A stretch of DNA of 64,000 nucleotides from Candidatus Lustribacter sp. (GTDB lineage Bacteria > Vulcanimicrobiota > Vulcanimicrobiia > Vulcanimicrobiales > Vulcanimicrobiaceae), in the NCBI GenBank assembly GCA_965277805.1, contig OZ255842.1, positions 1,856,001 through 1,920,000 on the forward strand, given 5' to 3'. The position numbers and the translations under genes are program-made. Numbering within the stretch: the stretch's first letter is position 1; every line of letters begins with the position of its first letter. The notes below the pieces were generated by a model. The model saw only the letters and a list, made by a program, of their open reading frames with translations, ran no database searches and had not been told where the DNA came from. This document shows positions 58,095-64,000 of this stretch, piece by piece.

Positions 58095-58853
58095 CTACTC
58101 GATTTCTTTCGCCGGCCGCAGGACGATCTCGTTGATGCTGACGTGCGCGGGCTGGGAGAGCGCGAACACTACCGACGCGCCGATGTCGGCCGGGGTCAGC
58201 GGCGTGACGGAGTCGAGCATCTTCTGGAAGCGCGCGCGCGTTGCGGCGTCGGCCGCGTGCTCGAAGAGTTCGGTCTCGACGATCCCGGGGCTGACGACGG
58301 TCACGCGGATGTTATGGTCCGTCCCTTCTTTGCGCAGCGATTCCGAGAACGTGTTGACGGCGGCCTTCGTCGCAGCATAGGCCGGCGAGCCGGGGTTGGC
58401 GAGGCGCGCGCTGACCGAAGAGATATTGACGACGTGGCCTTGGCCTTGCTCGATCATGAGCGCGAACGCCGCGTGCGTGACGTTCATGAGGCCGATGATG
58501 TTCGTTTCGAACATCTGTCGCCAGTCGGCAAGCTTGGCCTCCGCCGTGCGGGCACTGAGCATGACGCCGGCCGAGTTCACCACGCTATCGAGACGGCCGC
58601 AGCGTTCGGAGATCGTCTGCATGCACGTTGCGACGCTCGTTGCGTCGGCGACGTCCAACTCAACCGCGTGAGCGGTTCCGCCCTCAGCTGCGATCTCGGC
58701 GACGAGTTTCAATAGTCGATCTTGGCGGCGAGCCGCGACGACGACGGTCGCGCCTTCCGCGCCGAGCGCGCGCGCGACGCCTTCACCGATGCCCGATGAA
58801 GCGCCGGTTACCAGTGAAACGTGACCGGCCAGTAAGGATCGTGAACTCGGCAT
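58095..58853 (-). CDS. SDR family oxidoreductase
   Basis: TGASSGIG, NSAG, YAATK, SQPAHVSINE. Confidence 0.92.
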   Translation of the reverse strand: MPSSRSLLAGHVSLVTGASSGIGEGVARALGAEGATVVVAARRQDRLLKLVAEIAAEGGTAHAVELDVADATSVATCMQTISERCGRLDSVVNSAGVMLSARTAEAKLADWRQMFETNIIGLMNVTHAAFALMIEQGQGHVVNISSVSARLANPGSPAYAATKAAVNTFSESLRKEGTDHNIRVTVVSPGIVETELFEHAADAATRARFQKMLDSVTPLTPADIGASVVFALSQPAHVSINEIVLRPAKEIE

Positions 58854-58911
58854 GTCTTCTTCTATCGCCGCTGCTGAAGTTTTTCATGCCCCGAGTGAGA
58901 ATGGCGAGCGT

Positions 58912-60075
58912 ATGGAATTGCGTCTCGGGGTTATCGGAATGGGAACGGCGGCGCAGCGGATGGTGCCGGCCGCCGGCAAAGCGGCGGGCATTCGGGTCGC
59001 TGCCATCTGCGATCGGGTTCCCGAGATGCGCGATCCGATTGCCCAGCGCTACGGCGCGCGCAGCGTGCCGGATATTGAAACGCTGCTTGCAATGGATGAC
59101 ATCGATGCCGTATACATCGCCACGCCGACCGAGATGCACCTCGAGCACGTGCTGGCCGCGGTGAAGGCCGGCAAACACGTGCTGTGTGAGAAACCGGTCG
59201 CCACGACGCTGGCCGAGGCCACCACGATGATCGAGGCTGCCGACCGCGCCGGGGTGGTGTTCAACGTCGGACACTCGCACAGCTATGATGAGCCGAACCG
59301 CGCGATGCGCGAGGTCATCGCGAGCGGTGAGCTGGGGCGCGCGCGGCTGCTCCACAACATCCACTACACCGACTGGGTCTATCGGCCACGGCTGCCGGAG
59401 GAGCTCGACGTCAACTCCGGCGGAGGCGTGACGTTTCGTCAAGGCGCGCATCAGTTCGACATCCTGCGTTTGCTGGGCGGTGGACTTGTGAAGCGCGTGC
59501 GCGGACAGACCTTCGATTGGGATCCGCAGCGGCCGGTGATCGGCGCGCACAGCGTCTTCCTCACCTTCGAAGACGGAACGATCGCGACCGCGATCTACAA
59601 CGGTTACGGCGCGTTCCTCTCGAGCGAGATTACCTATGATGCCGGAGCGGTCGGCTATCCGCAAAAAGACGGGCCGGGAGCGATGCGGCACGCGATGAAA
59701 TCAGCCACGGCCGCAAGCGAGGCGAAGCTCAAACGCTCGCGCGCCGGCATCCCCGCGCAGGAAGAGTTGCCGCCGAACCAGCCCTTCTTCGGTTGGACGA
59801 TGGTGAGCTGCGAAGGCGGCGACATCCGCCAATCGCCGACCGGTCTGTACATCTATACCGAACGCGGGCGCGAAGATCGTCCGCTGCGGATGGACCTCAC
59901 GACGCGCGATCCGGTGATCGAGGAATTCGTCGAGACCGTCGCCGGCCGGCGGCGCGCGCTGCACGACGGCCGTTGGGCCCGGGCGAATCTCGAGGTCTGC
60001 GTCGCTACGGTTGAATCGGGCCGCACCGGTAAGGAAATCACGCTCGAATACCAAGTCGCCGTTCCTAAGGACTGA
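58912..60075 (+). CDS. Gfo/Idh/MocA oxidoreductase, phthalate 4,5-cis-dihydrodiol dehydrogenase-like
   Basis: CEKP, VGHSHSYD, YTDWVYRPRLPEELD..GGGV..HQFDILRLLGGG, HDGRWARANLEVC. Confidence 0.85.
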   Translation: MELRLGVIGMGTAAQRMVPAAGKAAGIRVAAICDRVPEMRDPIAQRYGARSVPDIETLLAMDDIDAVYIATPTEMHLEHVLAAVKAGKHVLCEKPVATTLAEATTMIEAADRAGVVFNVGHSHSYDEPNRAMREVIASGELGRARLLHNIHYTDWVYRPRLPEELDVNSGGGVTFRQGAHQFDILRLLGGGLVKRVRGQTFDWDPQRPVIGAHSVFLTFEDGTIATAIYNGYGAFLSSEITYDAGAVGYPQKDGPGAMRHAMKSATAASEAKLKRSRAGIPAQEELPPNQPFFGWTMVSCEGGDIRQSPTGLYIYTERGREDRPLRMDLTTRDPVIEEFVETVAGRRRALHDGRWARANLEVCVATVESGRTGKEITLEYQVAVPKD

Positions 60076-60080
60076 TACTC

Positions 60081-61040
60081 ATGAATCACGTTTCACGGAC
60101 CTCGTTTATCGTCGGCAGTGCCGTCCTTGCGGTGACGGCACAGGCGGCACTTGGACAAACGCCGGCGCACCTGGTCGTCGGGGCATCGGCGATCGACGGC
60201 GCGATCGGGTTGATCACGGGACAGAACAACGGATATTTCAAAAAGAATGGGGTCGACGTCGAGCACGTCGTCAACAATGGTGCGGCGAGTGCGGCGGGGG
60301 TCGCCGGCGGCTCGATTCAACTTGCGGCGTCGAACGTCGTCACGCTGATCAAAGCGCACCTGAACGGGGTGCCGTTCCAGATCGTCGCTCCCAGCAGCAT
60401 GTACACGAGCGACAATCCGACGCAAGTGCTCGTCGTGCGCAATGACGCCAACTTCAAAACCGCCGCCGACCTCAACGGCAAGACGATCGGCGTCACGGCG
60501 ATCGGCGATCTGCTCTCCGTTGCGACGCTCGCGTGGATCGATCAGAACGGCGGAACATCGAGCACCGTCAAGCTCATCGAGATCCCGCCGACCTCGCAGA
60601 CCGCAACGCTCGTTGCCGGCCGCGTGGAAGCCGCATCGCTGGCGGAGCCGTTCCTCTCCCAAGCGCTCGCCAGCGGATCGGTGCGCATCTTCGGGAAGAT
60701 CTTCGATGCCATCGCACCGCGCTTCTTACAAGCGGCTTATTTTGGCAAGGCCGATTGGATCAACGCCAACCCCGATGCCGTGCAGCGCTTCGTGCGCGGG
60801 CTGCTCGAAGCCAATACCTGGGCGAACGCCCATGAAGATAAGACGCTGCCGTGGCTGATCGACTACGCCAAGCTCGATCCCGCCGTCGCTAAACACGCCC
60901 GGCGCGAACACTTCGGCGAATCGATCGACCCGGCATCGGTCCAGGCCGAAATCGACGTGCTCGCCCGCACGAAGGCCATCGACCACGGCTTCGACGCGCG
61001 CGACATGTTCAGCCCCGTCGTCCTCAATATGCGAAAATAG
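60081..61040 (+). CDS. ABC substrate-binding protein, SsuA/NMT1 family
   Basis: GYFKKNGVDVE, ADLNGKTIGV, WIDQNGG, EPF. Confidence 0.85.
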   Translation: MNHVSRTSFIVGSAVLAVTAQAALGQTPAHLVVGASAIDGAIGLITGQNNGYFKKNGVDVEHVVNNGAASAAGVAGGSIQLAASNVVTLIKAHLNGVPFQIVAPSSMYTSDNPTQVLVVRNDANFKTAADLNGKTIGVTAIGDLLSVATLAWIDQNGGTSSTVKLIEIPPTSQTATLVAGRVEAASLAEPFLSQALASGSVRIFGKIFDAIAPRFLQAAYFGKADWINANPDAVQRFVRGLLEANTWANAHEDKTLPWLIDYAKLDPAVAKHARREHFGESIDPASVQAEIDVLARTKAIDHGFDARDMFSPVVLNMRK

Positions 61041-61452
61041 CTAACGCGCTGCGGCGCGCGATGAGCGCATCCAGTGACCATCGTCCCGGACCGGCAAGCA
61101 CGATTGCGAGCGCGCCGATCAGGTACACGCTCGGTAATTCCATGCTGTCACCACCCGCACTCACGAGCGGTGTATGTGCCGGGATGTGCACGGCGGCAAT
61201 TGCAACCAACATGTCGATCGCGATCAAGCCGGCCGCGACGCGCGAGGCAATTCCGATTACGAGCGCCCATCCGCCGAAGAACTCCGCCACCGCTGCGGTC
61301 TCTTGCACGAATGCCGGCGGATGGAACGGCATTGCGTTCATCCAGGTCGCCGCATGCGCAATCTTCGGTGCACCGTGCAGCACGAACGCGATTCCGATGA
61401 CCAGCCGGAGCAACAGGAGCGCGATTCCGAAACGGTTCGATTCAGTAAACAT
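61024..61452 (-). CDS. DoxX family membrane protein
   Basis: LLLRLVIG..HGAPK, EFFGG, GPGRWSLD. Confidence 0.85.
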   Translation of the reverse strand: MFTESNRFGIALLLLRLVIGIAFVLHGAPKIAHAATWMNAMPFHPPAFVQETAAVAEFFGGWALVIGIASRVAAGLIAIDMLVAIAAVHIPAHTPLVSAGGDSMELPSVYLIGALAIVLAGPGRWSLDALIARRSALAIFAY

Positions 61453-61526
61453 GACCCAACGTATATCCATTAGACCTGAACAAACCATGAGACGCTGGCA
61501 GGCCGTCACTTGCGACGCAAAGCCGA

Positions 61527-62483
61527 TTAGCGGTTGAGTACTTGAGCCGCGATGACATCCTTAGCTGGGAACGATGCTTTGATCAGACCGTACTTTGCCG
61601 AGCAGTCGATGAGGGGTTGCAGCAATGCCGGGTCGACACGTTGGGGGTAGTAGGCTCGCTTTTGGTTGGGGCTGATCGGTTGTTTTGAGTAGGTGTTGAG
61701 GATTTTGGCGGATGCGTCATGGTTTTTGTTGGCCCAATCGGCGGTTTCGGCAATGGCGTCGGCAAAACGGCGGACGGCGTCGGCGTGGGTGGTGACGTAG
61801 TCTTGCAGGCAGAACCAACCGCCGCCGAGCCATTCATCGCCGATCGCGTCGTTCACGTTGGCGACGACGTGCGCGCCGTTCGCCAGCAGCGCGGATTGCG
61901 CGGGCTCTTCTGCGACGACGGCATCGACGCGACCCGTCGCGAGCGCGCCGCCCATGTCGGCGTACGGCATTTCGACGAATTTTACGGCGTCTTGCGCCAG
62001 GCCGTTCTTGTCGAGATACGCCCACATCGCCATTTCGCTCACGCCCTTGAGGCTCGTGACGGCAACGGTTTTACCGACGAGGTCTTTGGCGGTGTGAATG
62101 GGTGCGGTCTGCAATGCGAGGAGCGCGCCCGTCGGCTGTTTCGATGAGTATGCGGCCGACGGCGCGACCAGCACAAACGGGATGCCGCGTTCGCGCGCGT
62201 TGGCGAGCGTGACGACGGCAGCGGTTCCGAAATCGAGCGAACCGCCGACCACGGCTGCAGCCGTGGCGGGACCGTTGGCCATCACCACGAGATCGACGTC
62301 GAGGTTGTGCTTCTTGAACAACCCTAGTGCCTGTGCGTAAAAGACCGTGCCGCTGATGTCGATCGGTACTGCCGCGACGCGCAGTTTCGTCAGCGTCTGT
62401 GCGCTTGCCGGGCCGTGAAGTGCGTACTGCGCAGCAGCAGCCGAGCCGGCGAGAATCAGCGAACGGCGGGAGAGTTCACGCAC
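61527..62483 (-). CDS. ABC substrate-binding protein, SsuA/NMT1 family, canonical Tat signal
   Basis: SRRSLIL, FYAQALGLFKKHNLDV, KDLVGKTVAV, VKFVEMP. Confidence 0.85.
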   Translation of the reverse strand: MRELSRRSLILAGSAAAAQYALHGPASAQTLTKLRVAAVPIDISGTVFYAQALGLFKKHNLDVDLVVMANGPATAAAVVGGSLDFGTAAVVTLANARERGIPFVLVAPSAAYSSKQPTGALLALQTAPIHTAKDLVGKTVAVTSLKGVSEMAMWAYLDKNGLAQDAVKFVEMPYADMGGALATGRVDAVVAEEPAQSALLANGAHVVANVNDAIGDEWLGGGWFCLQDYVTTHADAVRRFADAIAETADWANKNHDASAKILNTYSKQPISPNQKRAYYPQRVDPALLQPLIDCSAKYGLIKASFPAKDVIAAQVLNR

Positions 62484-62498
62484 GGGACGTCCTTTCGT

Positions 62499-63440
62499 TC
62501 ACGCGAGATTGGCGACCAGATCTCCGCTCGTGAGGCGCTTGTCGAGCGCACCGTATTTGTACATGACCGAAAGCACGGAGTCCAAATACCGCGGCTCGAG
62601 CGACGTTGCGTAGATGCAGCGCGTCATCCTGGTCAGCGTCGCCGGGTCCATCTTCGAGTACTTGCCTAGGATCTGGCCCGCCTCGACCTCGTGCGTGTTC
62701 GCCCAGCGTGCGGTGTCGTAAATTGTTGCGACGAACCGCTTCACCAGCGGCAAGTTCGCCTTGAGAAAGTCGGTCGTAACGAACCAGTTCGCGATCAGGA
62801 ATTGCGGCGCGATCGTGGCGTAGGCGTCGCCGACCACGCGCATCGTCTTACCGACGCCGTCGGAGAGGTAAGGTTCACCGACCAGCGCGGCATCGAACGT
62901 GCCGCGTGAGAGCGCCGCGGTCATCAGGCCCATCGGGGTTTCGACAAACTTCACCGTGCGCGAGTCGACGCCGTTGTGATCGAGCCAGACGCGCACGCCC
63001 ACCTCGGTCAGATCCTTGAGCGCGGTGACGGCGATCGTCTTGCCGATGAGGTCGTGCGGCGATTTCACCGGCGAATCGATCCCGGTCACGACGGCCGTGG
63101 TCGGCCGCTTGGCGGTGAAGAGCCCGCCGCCGGCAATGATCTTGAACGGTGCGCCGTGCGTGATCGAGAGCGCGAGGTTCGCGGTATTGGAGATGCCCAC
63201 GTCGAGCGCGCCGGCGGCCACCATCGTTGCTGAGTTGGCACCGGACCCGACCATCGAGAGCGCAACGTTGAGTTGGGCTTGAGTGAAGAACCCTTGGTCG
63301 GCGGCGAAGTAGCCTTCCGCGTACGCGTCGGCTGTCGCGACGCTCACGCGCAGCGGCGCGGCTTGCGCGCGCACGACCGCGGGCATTGCGATGCTGGCTG
63401 CGGCGCCGGCGGTGAGGCCTAGAACCTCATGCCGCTTCAC
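62499..63440 (-). CDS. ABC substrate-binding protein, SsuA/NMT1 family
   Basis: MPAVVRAQ signal end, QGFFTQAQLNV, DLIGKTIAV, VKFVETP, EPY. Confidence 0.85.
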   Translation of the reverse strand: MKRHEVLGLTAGAAASIAMPAVVRAQAAPLRVSVATADAYAEGYFAADQGFFTQAQLNVALSMVGSGANSATMVAAGALDVGISNTANLALSITHGAPFKIIAGGGLFTAKRPTTAVVTGIDSPVKSPHDLIGKTIAVTALKDLTEVGVRVWLDHNGVDSRTVKFVETPMGLMTAALSRGTFDAALVGEPYLSDGVGKTMRVVGDAYATIAPQFLIANWFVTTDFLKANLPLVKRFVATIYDTARWANTHEVEAGQILGKYSKMDPATLTRMTRCIYATSLEPRYLDSVLSVMYKYGALDKRLTSGDLVANLA

Positions 63441-63446
63441 GCGGGC

Positions 63447-64000
63447 TTACGCAACGCTGACGCTCCGGCGGCGAATGAAGTCGATGATGAGGTCGGCCGC
63501 TTCAGCGGCTGCTCCGCCGGCGCCGGCTTTGATGAAGCCATGCGATTCGCCCGGGAAGAGCCGCAGCTCGATCTCACCCCCGGCGCCCTCGTACGCCGCA
63601 GCGAAGTTCGGCGCCATGTCCGGCGGGACGTTTTCGTCGGCGAGGCCTTGCACGACGAGCACCGGCGGCAGCGCACGCGCTTGGCCGGATACGACGATGT
63701 GCTGCGGGCTGGCGGCGATCATCGTCGCTTCGTCGCCGAAATATGCTTCGTGCGCGGCGATCAAGTTGGCCGCGCCGCGGTCCTTCGCCATGCGATAGCG
63801 CGCGAGCGGATCGCTGATCGGCCAGCAGCCAATCGCAAACGCAAGCTCTTCTCCCGGCCGCGCGTCGATCGCGCACAGCAGCGCGGTCTGTCCACCGCTC
63901 GAAACGCCGAAGATGCCCACGAGCGAGGGCAACGTGCGCACTTGCTCGGCGTGTTCCTTGAGCCAGCGAACGGCGCTGCGTACGTCGTCGGCGGCACCCG
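63447..64000 (-). CDS. Alpha/beta hydrolase (esterase/lipase-like), 5' end outside the window
   Basis: GVSSGG, QGLADENVP, ESHGF. Confidence 0.8.
   Translation of the reverse strand, partial: GAADDVRSAVRWLKEHAEQVRTLPSLVGIFGVSSGGQTALLCAIDARPGEELAFAIGCWPISDPLARYRMAKDRGAANLIAAHEAYFGDEATMIAASPQHIVVSGQARALPPVLVVQGLADENVPPDMAPNFAAAYEGAGGEIELRLFPGESHGFIKAGAGGAAAEAADLIIDFIRRRSVSVA

Noticed and set aside
1-64000. Many long antisense or alternate-frame ORFs (e.g. 11001-12434 +, 17872-19266 -, 24020-25615 -, 50850-52694 +)
   Set aside because: Shadow ORFs of well-supported genes in GC-rich DNA; Arg/Ala/Gly-rich with no motifs
1-64000. CRISPR arrays, tRNA/rRNA, IS elements, integrase or phage genes
   Set aside because: No regularly spaced repeats, cloverleaf or transposase/integrase motifs seen; intergenic spaces are short

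Overview
GC-rich bacterial chromosomal segment, roughly two-thirds G+C by eye and very gene-dense. Gene style tentatively suggests Candidatus Eremiobacterota/Vulcanimicrobiota; this is inference only. 1-21 kb is core-like: flagellar rod genes (flgB-flgC-fliE, flgF-flgG-flgA) with two sigma28-type promoters, an MsbA-like ABC exporter, a strongly substituted photolyase/cryptochrome homolog, a long moaA/moeB/moaE/moaD/queG operon, an ATP-grasp ligase and phoU. 21-36.5 kb and 58.9-64 kb form an accessory aromatic-catabolism-like mosaic: Rieske oxygenase, 4,5-dihydroxyphthalate decarboxylase-like and dihydrodiol dehydrogenase-like enzymes, amidohydrolase, C-C hydrolase, lone hydantoinase B, cupin, HD-domain protein, FadR regulator and a PemK toxin-antitoxin pair. 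Eight SsuA/NMT1-type binding proteins occur across 23.6-63.4 kb with no permease or ATPase. The 36.5-58.9 kb block holds paoABC, cydAB, partner-switching parts, and a thioester-less alpha-2-macroglobulin head-to-head with pbpC. No rRNA, tRNA, CRISPR array or transposase was seen. Best leads: (i) a photolyase-fold protein that has lost most CPD-pocket residues, the flavin N5 Asn and the terminal Trp; (ii) an uncharacterised catabolic system with a candidate HD-diiron oxygenase and a cupin; (iii) a family of single-arginine Tat-like signal peptides; (iv) leaderless and CTG-start translation signals. All functional calls come from motif recognition, with no database search.
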